A stretch of DNA of 31,608 nt, from the IMG/VR virus record IMGVR_UViG_3300031949_000001, positions 347,305 through 378,912 of that record; one strand, written 5' to 3'. This document shows, piece by piece, positions 17,049-25,384 of this stretch (position 1 is its first letter; each line of letters begins with the position of its first letter). Source of the stretch: a virus (lineage: Duplodnaviria > Heunggongvirae > Uroviricota > Caudoviricetes). The position numbers and the translations under genes were made by a program. The notes beneath the pieces were generated by a model. The model did not search any database. It had not been told where the DNA came from and worked only from the letters and a program-made list of their open reading frames with translations.

Positions 17049-17405
17049 ATGGCTACGAACGTAATTGTTGGATACTCCAGCATTTCTCTCAAGGTTTTTC
17101 GCGATTTCGTCGGAGATACTACAGGAGCGACACAAATCCTGACTGTCGAGGAATCTCGTAGCCTCGCAGGACAACTTCTTGACGCTGCTACTCAACTCGA
17201 AATTGAATCAATGAGTCGAGAAGGTGGCAATAAAGATATTTGGATTCCCGCCAGTGGTGGTAAAGAAACTCCATTTTTTTCGCGCTCAGGGCATCGTCTG
17301 CTTTATTGTTGGAACCCATCGAAAGGTAAACATGCGTATTTGGATTTGGGTAAGGACATGATCCTGACAGATGAAGAAGCGAATCAATGCCTGGGGTTTA
17401 TCTGA
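17049..17405 (+). CDS. hypothetical protein
   Basis: ORF downstream of the promoter; C-terminal GGKETPF...LLYCWNP...YLDL segment. Confidence 0.75.
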   Translation: MATNVIVGYSSISLKVFRDFVGDTTGATQILTVEESRSLAGQLLDAATQLEIESMSREGGNKDIWIPASGGKETPFFSRSGHRLLYCWNPSKGKHAYLDLGKDMILTDEEANQCLGFI

Positions 17406-17638
17406 TGTATCTCGGACAACGAATAGAGCGCTATGTAAGGCGCTATTTCGAAAAACACAATACGATAGATTACTATCCCTTTCCGACTGTGAAACAAGTT
17501 GCACGCGGTTTGAAGGTATCGATCACCAAATGTGTTGATGAGATTGAGGCTTGTGGTGAACTGCCGTTGATGTTGACATCATATTTTACATATGTTCCGG
17601 AGCCGATGTCTGCTCATTTCGTGGAGATTTGTGAATGA
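17405..17638 (+). CDS. small putative HTH protein
   Basis: FPTVKQVARGLKVS; TGATG coupling. Confidence 0.6.
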   Translation: MYLGQRIERYVRRYFEKHNTIDYYPFPTVKQVARGLKVSITKCVDEIEACGELPLMLTSYFTYVPEPMSAHFVEICE

Positions 17639-17799
17639 AAAGGTTAACATTCGAAGAATGGCTTGATGAACTTGAAAAAGTCGCCGATGACGCTGGCTAT
17701 ATTCTACCTCCAGGTGGTTTGTTACCCTGGGAAATTGCTTTATGGCGAGAAATGTATGACAAAGGGTTGACACCCCGAAAAGCTTGGAACCAAGCATAA
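17635..17799 (+). CDS. small hypothetical protein (54 aa)
   Basis: MKRLTFEEW...WREMYDKGLTPRKAW; GGAG SD; ATGA overlap. Confidence 0.65.
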   Translation: MKRLTFEEWLDELEKVADDAGYILPPGGLLPWEIALWREMYDKGLTPRKAWNQA

Positions 17800-17823
17800 A
17801 ATATAACTATAAGAAGAATAAAA

Positions 17824-18285
17824 ATGAAACACAATATTCAGTCCCTCAGTTGGACTCAAGTCCGCTCGCTCATCAATCACTACGAACCATCTGAACAAAA
17901 GATTTCCGAGGTCTTCGGAATTACTCCAAAACAAATCAAACATCTTGATATTTTCAAGCCTGATCCAGTGTTTGATGTTACGCCTTATTATCCTATTTTC
18001 GAAGACAATTCCATAAGCATTGCAAATCCTTCTGGCGTCGGTCGGGTTGACTCGTATCTCAGCAAAGCCAAAAAACCTCGGGGTCGTCCTGGTAACAAAA
18101 TTATAACGGCTTTCAGGAATATACCGAATGAGGCTATCGATGTCAAGGCTTTTGCAGCAAAATGGTCAGTCTCTGTCTCGGTGCTCCGACAATCATTAAG
18201 ATTCGACAAAACCGGGTTGACGGGGAAAGTTCATGTTCGTTTATCAAAAGACGGAATACTCGTTATTTGGAGAGATAATAAATAA
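17824..18285 (+). CDS. putative DNA-binding protein
   Basis: AT-hook-like KKPRGRPG between two HTH-like segments. Confidence 0.6.
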   Translation: MKHNIQSLSWTQVRSLINHYEPSEQKISEVFGITPKQIKHLDIFKPDPVFDVTPYYPIFEDNSISIANPSGVGRVDSYLSKAKKPRGRPGNKIITAFRNIPNEAIDVKAFAAKWSVSVSVLRQSLRFDKTGLTGKVHVRLSKDGILVIWRDNK

Positions 18286-18303
18286 GTAAAAGGAGGACTC
18301 ATC

Positions 18304-18621
18304 TTGAGAAATAATCTTCGTGCCGATGAGATAGTTGACTCGCTTTATAGAGCATGGATTGAGCATAACTTACAGAAACTAGCAGTAGATTTCAAAGACC
18401 GCTTCGGAGCACCGAAGGACGGAAGAACGGTTTATACTCAAAAAGAATTTCATGACTTTTGTATTGCTCAAGCGCTCACTGGATTCAAAGTGCTTGATCC
18501 AGAACTATTCCGAGCCATCCTCGTTGACCATCTAATCAACACCCATTACAGCCTGAACCGTGTCAAGGTAAGCCTGGAAGAGTGCGGATTGGGTGCATTC
18601 AAGAAGGATGAATCAAACTAA
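18304..18621 (+). CDS. hypothetical protein
   Basis: AAGGAGG SD; TTG start. Confidence 0.75.
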   Translation: MRNNLRADEIVDSLYRAWIEHNLQKLAVDFKDRFGAPKDGRTVYTQKEFHDFCIAQALTGFKVLDPELFRAILVDHLINTHYSLNRVKVSLEECGLGAFKKDESN

Positions 18622-18945
18622 TTCTTTTCTCTTTTGTTCCCAATATATTTTAGCCTTTACTCTACGCATGAACTGACTTATACGAGCGCGATCTCGATTA
18701 CATTCATGGCATGCTAAAACGTTATAATATATCTCTCCGCTTGAGCGTTTGTAGTTGATACGCCTTGGGTCTTTCTTTTCATAAAGATGGTCCAGCGTCG
18801 CCGCATCTAGTGAAAGTTTTGAGCCGGGTTTATATTCTGGATACATTTTCCCTTCTGCTGAGGGAAGTGTTGTCAGGACACCACACCAATGGCAATGCGG
18901 CTCGCGACGCCAAAGTAGCCATCTGGCTTGAGGAATGTTTTTCAT
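18613..18945 (-). CDS. HNH endonuclease
   Basis: CHWC...TLDHL...NVLACHECN. Confidence 0.85.
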   Translation of the reverse strand: MKNIPQARWLLWRREPHCHWCGVLTTLPSAEGKMYPEYKPGSKLSLDAATLDHLYEKKDPRRINYKRSSGEIYYNVLACHECNRDRARISQFMRRVKAKIYWEQKRKELV

Positions 18946-18975
18946 GATAAATACAATCAACAAAAGGAATCAGTT

Positions 18976-19272
18976 ATGAAGCTTATAGAGTTTTGGGATA
19001 ATCCCACCAACATGGCAGACGATACCCCCGAAGCGAGTTTGTATAATGGTCTAGGAAGCCTTGAGGCACGTGAGGCGTTCAAGTCTGGCATGGAGAGCCA
19101 GCAGGACGGCACACCCAAGGATAGAAATCCTTATTCACATGGCGAACGTGCGACCGCATGGCTTCAAGGCTGGAAGACCTCCTATTTTAAGAAGTATGGT
19201 AAAAAAGATGTATCTTCTCCAACATTTCAAACACAGCATCCATCCTCGGATTCAGCCAGTTCCAACGGCTAA
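18976..19272 (+). CDS. ribosome modulation factor (Rmf)-like fold protein
   Basis: AFKSG...G...NPY...RATAWLQGW matches the RMF pattern; AAGGA SD; GATAAATA upstream. Confidence 0.6.
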   Translation: MKLIEFWDNPTNMADDTPEASLYNGLGSLEAREAFKSGMESQQDGTPKDRNPYSHGERATAWLQGWKTSYFKKYGKKDVSSPTFQTQHPSSDSASSNG

Positions 19273-19458
19273 TATCGACACTATCCAGTTCTATCTAGCG
19301 AAAGGTCTAGCACTATTCCCTTTACTCAAAAATTCCTATCACGAACAGTTATACAATCTTCAACGGAAAGGATTAATTTCTCTAACCCCCTCTTTTTTAC
19401 TTGAATGTTACAGTCTTCGGGTCCAGACTAAAACCATCGAGAGACTTAAAAAAGCTGC

Positions 19459-19797
19459 TTAATCGTTTTGATGACTACGAAGCCATTTCACAATTTGAGG
19501 CGTTGTCCATCCGTATTCATGAGACAATTCGTTAAGGAATGTGAATAGATCAGTTTCTTCACCAGCTTCATCTAGGACGAGTTGTTTGAAAGCTAAGAAG
19601 GCGGCGAACCTAACATCGACACTCAATGAAAACATAGCATCTCCGTATTGACCCAAAAAAGCATGTCCTTTAGCGCAGCATGCCTCAGGAGAAGAGCGCC
19701 GTTTACCTCGAAAATATCCCCATCCATCCACCATCTTAGGACACATTTTCCAACCTTTCTCCATCGCATCAGCGAGTAACTTAACATCTTTTCTCAT
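19459..19797 (-). CDS. hypothetical protein, paralog of 30261-30644
   Basis: Shared KG..CP, CC...HA.LG and NELS..Y.W...Q...WL.SH.ND motifs. Confidence 0.8.
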   Translation of the reverse strand: MRKDVKLLADAMEKGWKMCPKMVDGWGYFRGKRRSSPEACCAKGHAFLGQYGDAMFSLSVDVRFAAFLAFKQLVLDEAGEETDLFTFLNELSHEYGWTTPQIVKWLRSHQND

Positions 19798-19808
19798 TTT
19801 ACACTCCT

Positions 19809-20102
19809 TTAATAATCATAATCGCGTATGAATTGCGATTCATTAATATAAAAACGCAAAATTTCATCCTCGGTCGCCGCTTCATAATCAGCGTCAGTTG
19901 ATTTAATAAGATGAACCCATTTTCTAGCTTCTTCTAAAAACCTTTCTACGTCATCCAGGAAAGGGGTTACTGCATCGTATACCACAACATGGTGCCAGCC
20001 GCTTTTGTAATCCTTAAAGACTTGATTTTTTATTTCAATACGCATTTTAATCGTATCGTCTTCAATACTAGTAATATCTACATAACTGTTATATCGTGGC
20101 AT
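19809..20102 (-). CDS. hypothetical protein
   Basis: AAGGAAG SD before ATG 20102. Confidence 0.7.
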   Translation of the reverse strand: MPRYNSYVDITSIEDDTIKMRIEIKNQVFKDYKSGWHHVVVYDAVTPFLDDVERFLEEARKWVHLIKSTDADYEAATEDEILRFYINESQFIRDYDY

Positions 20103-20113
20103 TTTCTTCTTCC

Positions 20114-20302
20114 TTAATAATGTGCCCAACAACCTGAACTTGAATTCCAATGACAGCCTAACTCGTCCAACTTGGTAGCGAGTTCCCCTTCTCTTTCAAA
20201 GCACGGAATAAAAATAATATCATGATCAGAATCGAAATATTCATTTTCCATTCCTGCTTCGACTAAAAGAGCACAAACCTTAACCATATCTTTAATTTGC
20301 AT
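20114..20302 (-). CDS. hypothetical protein
   Basis: SD present; in operon. Confidence 0.7.
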   Translation of the reverse strand: MQIKDMVKVCALLVEAGMENEYFDSDHDIIFIPCFEREGELATKLDELGCHWNSSSGCWAHY

Positions 20303-20313
20303 TTTTCTTCTTC

Positions 20314-20580
20314 CTATCTAAATTCGGGACGACGATCACCATCATACCGCATAATCCAACAAGTAGCATCATTATATTTTTTAGGAAGTCTCTCGGCAAT
20401 ACCTGTCTGCCGGTCGAATATCAAAGTGCATTGACGCATATCTTCAATATCATCCCATTTCGCAATTATTTCATCATTAGTAACAGCTTCGACAGCGACA
20501 GTGATATCGATAATTGTGTAAATTGAAAAGGCGAGCTTAATATACAACGTATCGCCTTTCAGAACACCCATAAAGTTCAT
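20314..20580 (-). CDS. hypothetical protein
   Basis: ATGA overlap. Confidence 0.7.
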   Translation of the reverse strand: MNFMGVLKGDTLYIKLAFSIYTIIDITVAVEAVTNDEIIAKWDDIEDMRQCTLIFDRQTGIAERLPKKYNDATCWIMRYDGDRRPEFR

Positions 20581-21044
20581 GATTGTGCATCTTTACTCAG
20601 CGGCAACACATTAGGATCAGGCTTTCCGAATTCAATGAAAGGGGTTTCATCCGCGTTTTTTTCAAACAATTTTGAATTCATAACCGCAACCACGGACAAA
20701 GCTTCAACAATCGTGTTGATGATTGTGTATTCCACCTTTTGCGGCTCGTAGAGGCGAGACAGAATGCCTTCAGGATTTTGACGTTGCCAAATTCTTTCTA
20801 GAATTTTGCGATAGTTTGCTTCGTGGACCTTACAATACCGGGTCGCTTCGTCAAATGTATGCATCCACAGATTAAAACAATCACTTAGATTAATGTGTTG
20901 GGGGTTTCCACCACAGTAATTAGCGACCAGCTTTTTCGTGTCTTCGATCAGATCACCACGCTTATACCAACACTTAGCGTAAAGCCAGAAGTGTGGGTAC
21001 TTACTTGAATGTGTTGCCATTTTCGTAAATCTCCGAGTTGACAT
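20577..21044 (-). CDS. hypothetical protein
   Basis: ORF in operon; the true start may be 21020 (GGAG SD). Confidence 0.75.
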   Translation of the reverse strand: MSTRRFTKMATHSSKYPHFWLYAKCWYKRGDLIEDTKKLVANYCGGNPQHINLSDCFNLWMHTFDEATRYCKVHEANYRKILERIWQRQNPEGILSRLYEPQKVEYTIINTIVEALSVVAVMNSKLFEKNADETPFIEFGKPDPNVLPLSKDAQS

Positions 21045-21294
21045 TTGTTAGAACTTCTTTCCATTGTTCCTGTGGCACTTCTTCGCCTTTCAGGTATACA
21101 TGGAGGAGTGTGAATCGACAGCCTTCATTGTACTGACGTTCCCATACATAGTCAACACAAACACTACCATGGACTTGAATACGTTCAGGTAAATCATAGC
21201 CAGTAGCATGGACAACACGGATTGCTCTCCTCTCAAATTCAGAGGCAACTCGGGCAGAAACCCGTTGGCTGTATAGTTGTTCATCAAGAGTCAT
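21001..21294 (-). CDS. hypothetical protein
   Basis: Coupled ORF. Confidence 0.65.
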   Translation of the reverse strand: MTLDEQLYSQRVSARVASEFERRAIRVVHATGYDLPERIQVHGSVCVDYVWERQYNEGCRFTLLHVYLKGEEVPQEQWKEVLTNVNSEIYENGNTFK

Positions 21295-21499
21295 TTTTAT
21301 CACTTTCCCAATAACCACGGGTTGATGGTGTAACTCCATTGAGTGCTAACATTACATCATTGATTGCGGCTCGGTAGCCACCAGCATATCCTTCACCCGC
21401 TAATCCCCTCGCATACATCCCACCAATGGAATTGAGGGCAATTTCGGTGTTAACTTTTCTTAACACTTTAGATAATTTTCTTTTGATACCATGAGCCAT
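21284..21499 (-). CDS. hypothetical protein
   Basis: AAGGA SD. Confidence 0.7.
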   Translation of the reverse strand: MAHGIKRKLSKVLRKVNTEIALNSIGGMYARGLAGEGYAGGYRAAINDVMLALNGVTPSTRGYWESDKNDS

Positions 21500-21660
21500 T
21501 ATATTTCCTTGATTTCACATCCTATGTGCGGTGTTTTGTCCGCTTTGATGCCTGTAGCAGTTTCAAACAATTTATCAGCATCAAGAATCCCCTCAGCTTC
21601 ACATTCAAAAATCAATGTGTCGCCGTTTTTGTGGTTCCAGTAAAAAAACTTGAGATTCAT
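21499..21660 (-). CDS. small hypothetical protein (53 aa)
   Basis: TAAGGA SD; MNLKFFYWNHKNGDTLIFECEAEG...; TAATG coupling. Confidence 0.65.
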   Translation of the reverse strand: MNLKFFYWNHKNGDTLIFECEAEGILDADKLFETATGIKADKTPHIGCEIKEI

Positions 21661-21675
21661 GTTGTTTCCTTAAAT

Positions 21676-21844
21676 TGGGAAGTCGGTGCAAGGGGTTGAA
21701 CCTGCAACATCATTTTTGAGAGGGCGTCCTATTTCATACGTGTGCATCAAAAATGTTGGGATAGTCTGATCCTATTACTCCGTTCACTTATGCATCGGTT
21801 TCCCAACCAATGCACTCACTACAAGTTTCATATATCAACCGACT
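21676..21844 (-). ncRNA. tRNA-like RNA with an expanded interior
   Basis: Perfect acceptor AGTCGGT/ACCGACT followed by TCCCA; T arm GCAGG-TTCAACC-CCTTGC; own promoter. Confidence 0.7.
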
Positions 21845-21851
21845 AAAACGA

Positions 21852-21912
21852 ATTCTACACGTATCAATAGAACAAAGCAAGCCTTGACATGAAGTTTGTT
21901 TGAGCGTATAGT
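21852..21912. promoter_or_regulatory. back-to-back sigma70 promoters driving two ncRNAs
   Basis: Minus strand TTGCTT-17-TAGAAT; plus strand TTGACA-17-TATAGT; both followed by TCGTTTT. Confidence 0.8.
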
Positions 21913-21918
21913 TCGTTT

Positions 21919-22018
21919 TGTCAGGTTAGCAAATCGAAGTTAGATTAAAGAAAGCGCCCGCTTAACGAGACACTGCCGGGATGAAGCGCAAGGCAGGGTA
22001 GTAAACATCCTCCTGACA
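21919..22018 (+). ncRNA. candidate tRNA-like RNA (no encoded CCA)
   Basis: TGTCAGG/CCTGACA closing stem, TAGC start, CCCG/CGGG stem, AGGGT-7nt-ATCCT arm, then a T-run. Confidence 0.5.
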
Positions 22019-22084
22019 ACTTTTTTGATGCCTGTATTGGGCGTTAGTGAATATCCCCTACCCCATCATCGAAAGATGACCGTC

Positions 22085-22119
22085 AGGCTTAATTGAGTAC
22101 TCGAAGCTCAGCCTTTTTT
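22085..22119 (+). terminator. terminator-like hairpin / possible attenuator
   Basis: AGGCT...TGAGT/GCTCA...AGCCT followed by a T-run. Confidence 0.5.
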
Positions 22120-22136
22120 ATTTTTGGAGAAATAAA

Positions 22137-22415
22137 ATGTATTTCGTGAATTTATTTGCCCGCGCTGCTAATGTTCATCGTGAACCTCAAGATAGCTATA
22201 AAACATTTTGTTGTTTCACTTTTGCGGTTGAAGCAAAAAGTGAAGGCGAAGCCGTAAATATGGTTCGTGAACATTCCGAATCTGAGATGTATCGTTCCGG
22301 CTGGAGAGATTTTCTCTATAATACACCACAAGCCCGCGACACTAAACTTGTTTTTATTGGTGCCACGCATATGACAGAACATCAAGTAAATCAACATTTT
22401 TCATACACAAAATAA
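22137..22415 (+). CDS. hypothetical protein
   Basis: GGAG SD. Confidence 0.75.
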   Translation: MYFVNLFARAANVHREPQDSYKTFCCFTFAVEAKSEGEAVNMVREHSESEMYRSGWRDFLYNTPQARDTKLVFIGATHMTEHQVNQHFSYTK

Positions 22416-22427
22416 AGGAAAAAACGA

Positions 22428-22754
22428 ATGAAACTCAAAACTTTTAAAGAAATTGTAGATGAAGCCGGGTATGAACTGGAATCGTATAGTGGTCGTGGTA
22501 TGTTCGGCGATTTGTGCGCGTCGATCCGACTGGACAAAGACCAATCAGTATTTGAAGTTCTGTCAAATATTACCGAAGCTGCTCATGTTCGTCATAATGT
22601 CGATGGTCCAGGAGAAGTTGATGTTGATGACTTCGATATTGGTGAATGGATTGAACTTATGGGTAAAACCAAAACAGACAACCTCGGTCTAGGTATGGTC
22701 CTCTACTGGAAACGTATGGCTTGGGATGAAAGCGACGATCTTAGCGAGGATTAA
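22428..22754 (+). CDS. hypothetical phage protein
   Basis: AAGGA SD; YSGRGMFG...D.LG....YW pattern. Confidence 0.8.
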   Translation: MKLKTFKEIVDEAGYELESYSGRGMFGDLCASIRLDKDQSVFEVLSNITEAAHVRHNVDGPGEVDVDDFDIGEWIELMGKTKTDNLGLGMVLYWKRMAWDESDDLSED

Positions 22755-22769
22755 GTCTAGAAAGCAAGA

Positions 22770-22777
22770 TATAAATA
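22770..22777 (+). promoter_or_regulatory. T4-type late promoter
   Basis: TATAAATA about 20 nt before ATG 22797. Confidence 0.55.
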
Positions 22778-22796
22778 TAGGTAATTGGAGCGAACT

Positions 22797-23375
22797 ATGG
22801 CACAATCACCTGTAGCACTAAAACTACCTAACTTACCGAGCATACCGGCTACCCCGAATCTACCGGGCATCCCGACGATTCCGGGTATTCCCGTTCCAGC
22901 TATTAATGCGGCTGAAGCAACATCTGTTACAAAAGCTTTGGCTTTGAATACCGCCGCAATTGGATCAGCAAATGGTAGAATCAGTACACTTACGACTTCA
23001 CTCGCAGAACAAAAAGCCAACGTGGCGACGCTACAGGCATCCGCCAGCGGAATAACCGCACAGGCATCTCGATTACAAGCACTTTCAAAAAGCTTTTCAC
23101 CGAGTGCGTTGGCGGCTAGCGCTAAGGCTACTGGACTTTCTCAAGGAAAAGCACTCGCTGCCGGTGTCGAGCGTCAGAACGTTCTTACATCCAAGCTTCA
23201 AGCAACCAAACAAAGTCTAAGCACACTGACAAACACTCAAAAAGCCTTACAGGCACGTCTTACTGAGGTTCAGGCTAAGATCGCGGCTGTACAAGGTAAA
23301 ATTAAATCTACTCCAATGGCTTTACAGTCTCAATTGACGGCATCGGTTCAGTTGGGAACGCCGCGCACCACATAA
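22797..23375 (+). CDS. Pro-repeat/Ala-rich coiled-coil protein, possibly virion-associated
   Basis: N-terminal (L/I)Px repeats, long heptad pattern, GGAG SD. Confidence 0.7.
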   Translation: MAQSPVALKLPNLPSIPATPNLPGIPTIPGIPVPAINAAEATSVTKALALNTAAIGSANGRISTLTTSLAEQKANVATLQASASGITAQASRLQALSKSFSPSALAASAKATGLSQGKALAAGVERQNVLTSKLQATKQSLSTLTNTQKALQARLTEVQAKIAAVQGKIKSTPMALQSQLTASVQLGTPRTT

Positions 23376-23598
23376 CAGATAATTGAACTAATTCATCGCG
23401 GGCGTATTCTTGTCGAGTAAGAATGTTGTAAACATCCTCATAATAGGTGATAAATTCACCTTCTCTATTTGGGTTTGCTACTGTATTTTTTGTCGGTAAA
23501 ACCCATTTCTTCCACCATTCCCGATAGGCGTCCATAAGTGCGTAGTGTTTTTTACATTCCACGATTTGCCATTCGGTCCATGGCGCCAACTCGATCAT
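23308..23598 (-). CDS. hypothetical protein
   Basis: ATGA overlap with 23595-23879. Confidence 0.6.
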   Translation of the reverse strand: MIELAPWTEWQIVECKKHYALMDAYREWWKKWVLPTKNTVANPNREGEFITYYEDVYNILTRQEYARDELVQLSVMWCAAFPTEPMPSIETVKPLE

Positions 23599-23879
23599 TC
23601 TTTTACTTCATCCAGATGGATGATGAAACTTTGTAATTCGTGTGCCAATTGAAGCATTTCATCAGCAAGAGTCGTGTTTATCGAAAAGCGTGCTTCGTTG
23701 CCAGCAATCGAGGCAAGCGTCCTGAACATCTTCGCCTTCGACTTTACGATTTCGATACAGGTTTGAACCGCAGAGTTGGCTGCGGTATTTGGCGAGTAAG
23801 AATCACGAAAAGCCTGAATGTCTTTATAAAGAGTTTCAAGCCGCTCAAGTGTTTCAAATTCCTTAGTAGTGACTGTCAT
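23595..23879 (-). CDS. hypothetical protein
   Basis: GGAG SD. Confidence 0.75.
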   Translation of the reverse strand: MTVTTKEFETLERLETLYKDIQAFRDSYSPNTAANSAVQTCIEIVKSKAKMFRTLASIAGNEARFSINTTLADEMLQLAHELQSFIIHLDEVKE

Positions 23880-23891
23880 TTGTTTCTCCGT

Positions 23892-24110
23892 TCAACCTGT
23901 TCTAAAACATTTTTTACAAAAAATATTAGAATGCATCCCATCCGTTCCGTCTTGATGGAAACCACCCTTCGGGCAGCAATAAGTCCTCGGACAATCATCA
24001 GCACCTAACCAACGAATCCACTCAAAATATTCATCAACACCATCACGACCGCAATTGATGCAGACCGCGTTGTCGTCCCAAACATGCAAAATTCGTTTAG
24101 ATTTTTCCAT
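23892..24110 (-). CDS. small Cys/His-rich (zinc-finger-like) protein
   Basis: H.W...CINC and H...FCKKC; ATG lies 7 nt after a -10 box. Confidence 0.65.
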   Translation of the reverse strand: MEKSKRILHVWDDNAVCINCGRDGVDEYFEWIRWLGADDCPRTYCCPKGGFHQDGTDGMHSNIFCKKCFRTG

Positions 24111-24117
24111 AACGTGT

Positions 24118-24178
24118 ATTCTATCAGAACTTTGTTTGATACGCAACACTTGCTTCAAACATTGTTCTGTTGTATGAT
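24118..24178. promoter_or_regulatory. back-to-back sigma70 promoters
   Basis: Minus strand TTGCGT-17-TAGAAT; plus strand TTGCTT-17-TATGAT; both spacers contain AAC-N3-GTT. Confidence 0.75.
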
Positions 24179-24201
24179 GCTACATCTCATAGGAGTAAAC
24201 C

Positions 24202-24420
24202 ATGTCATTTAGTAAACAGATTTATGAAGATCTCGCCCGCGCTATAAATGCCGAACGAATTGACGCATTAGAGAATTTTTCGGCTGTTGAGGGACTTGCC
24301 GCAGACGCTACGGTATTCAATACGACTCGTGCTATTGCCAACGTGCTCGCGGAGCACAATCCTCGTTTTAACCACGCTCGATTCATGAAGGCTTGCGGAT
24401 ACCCTGAGGACCGAGTATAA
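24202..24420 (+). CDS. hypothetical phage protein
   Basis: AGGAG SD; ends in NPRF...RF..ACG. Confidence 0.8.
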   Translation: MSFSKQIYEDLARAINAERIDALENFSAVEGLAADATVFNTTRAIANVLAEHNPRFNHARFMKACGYPEDRV

Positions 24421-24430
24421 TCGATTCATC

Positions 24431-24607
24431 ATGACTAATCCAGATAAAGCACAAAAACTGGTAGCGAATTTCGTTCGTTCAATAGATAACGAAAGGGCAG
24501 AAGTTACTCAGGATATTTCAAAAAATTATCTTCTGCTAGATGATCCAAACGAAGAACCATTTTTTATGGTAATGGATATCGATTGGTCGAAATACGGAAG
24601 AGTGTAA
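24431..24607 (+). CDS. small hypothetical protein (58 aa)
   Basis: Fills the gap; TAATG coupling to the next gene. Confidence 0.6.
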   Translation: MTNPDKAQKLVANFVRSIDNERAEVTQDISKNYLLLDDPNEEPFFMVMDIDWSKYGRV

Positions 24608-24789
24608 TGAAACTAAAAGAAAAAGCATATGATTTGATTTATTCAATGCTCCAGCACCGAGGTTATACCAGTATCGGAAGCATTCAACACGCGCTTAAGT
24701 TAAATGGTCTGGTTGTAGAGGATGTCGTTGAAATCTGTATACAATTAGGCTTTCACTACGATGTAATTCACGATGACATAACATTATGA
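24607..24789 (+). CDS. hypothetical protein
   Basis: Coupled ORF. Confidence 0.65.
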   Translation: MKLKEKAYDLIYSMLQHRGYTSIGSIQHALKLNGLVVEDVVEICIQLGFHYDVIHDDITL

Positions 24790-24989
24790 AACCCGGTATG
24801 AATGTTAAAGCACTAAAAAATCACAATCGAGTCGAAGTCGGTACGATTGGAGTGACTGTTGACGGTCCAAAAGGTTCAATCAGTCGCCCTGAGGAATGGG
24901 TTTGGGTTCAGTTCAGTAAATTTTATGGTCCAAAGCTGATGAAACCCTCTGAACTTGAGGTTATCAAAAACGACATGTTTTACGGCTAA
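24786..24989 (+). CDS. small SH3/KOW-like protein
   Basis: KPG..V......G.IG.....VWVQF......ELE pattern. Confidence 0.6.
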   Translation: MKPGMNVKALKNHNRVEVGTIGVTVDGPKGSISRPEEWVWVQFSKFYGPKLMKPSELEVIKNDMFYG

Positions 24990-25043
24990 CCAGATGAAAA
25001 TCGCTTACGATACTGAACAACACGCTGTTTTGGAAGACTGACA

Positions 25044-25352
25044 ATGTCATATATTCGCTCAATATCGAATCCAGAAGGTCTTTATATTTGGGGTGGCACG
25101 CAAGGCATCGAAATTTCGGTCGGTTCCGATCCGCTTCTAACTATACCGCGCCATATTTTTCGTGGTGTTCTTAAACGATGGTATCGATATGGAGAAAACG
25201 TGTCATATCGAGGCGCTCGTATGTCTCAAACTCCTGATTTTAAATACCAACTAGAATATAAGGATTGGGAAGGTCGTAGCGTCAAAGCTTATGATGTTAC
25301 CTGGACGTACATCGTAACACAGAACCATATTGACATCAACAAAGTTCGCTGA
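25044..25352 (+). CDS. hypothetical protein
   Basis: 102-aa ORF; GGAAG SD. Confidence 0.75.
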   Translation: MSYIRSISNPEGLYIWGGTQGIEISVGSDPLLTIPRHIFRGVLKRWYRYGENVSYRGARMSQTPDFKYQLEYKDWEGRSVKAYDVTWTYIVTQNHIDINKVR

Positions 25353-25358
25353 TATACT
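25330..25358 (+). promoter_or_regulatory. sigma70-type promoter
   Basis: TTGACA-17-TATACT; spacer contains AACAAAGTTC. Confidence 0.85.
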
Positions 25359-25384
25359 ATTTCGAACTTAATTAGGAGTCACGC

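Noticed and set aside
19061-19462. 133-aa plus-strand ORF
   Set aside because: Overlaps the RMF-like gene and has no credible start; the 3' part may be a remnant or use an atypical start.
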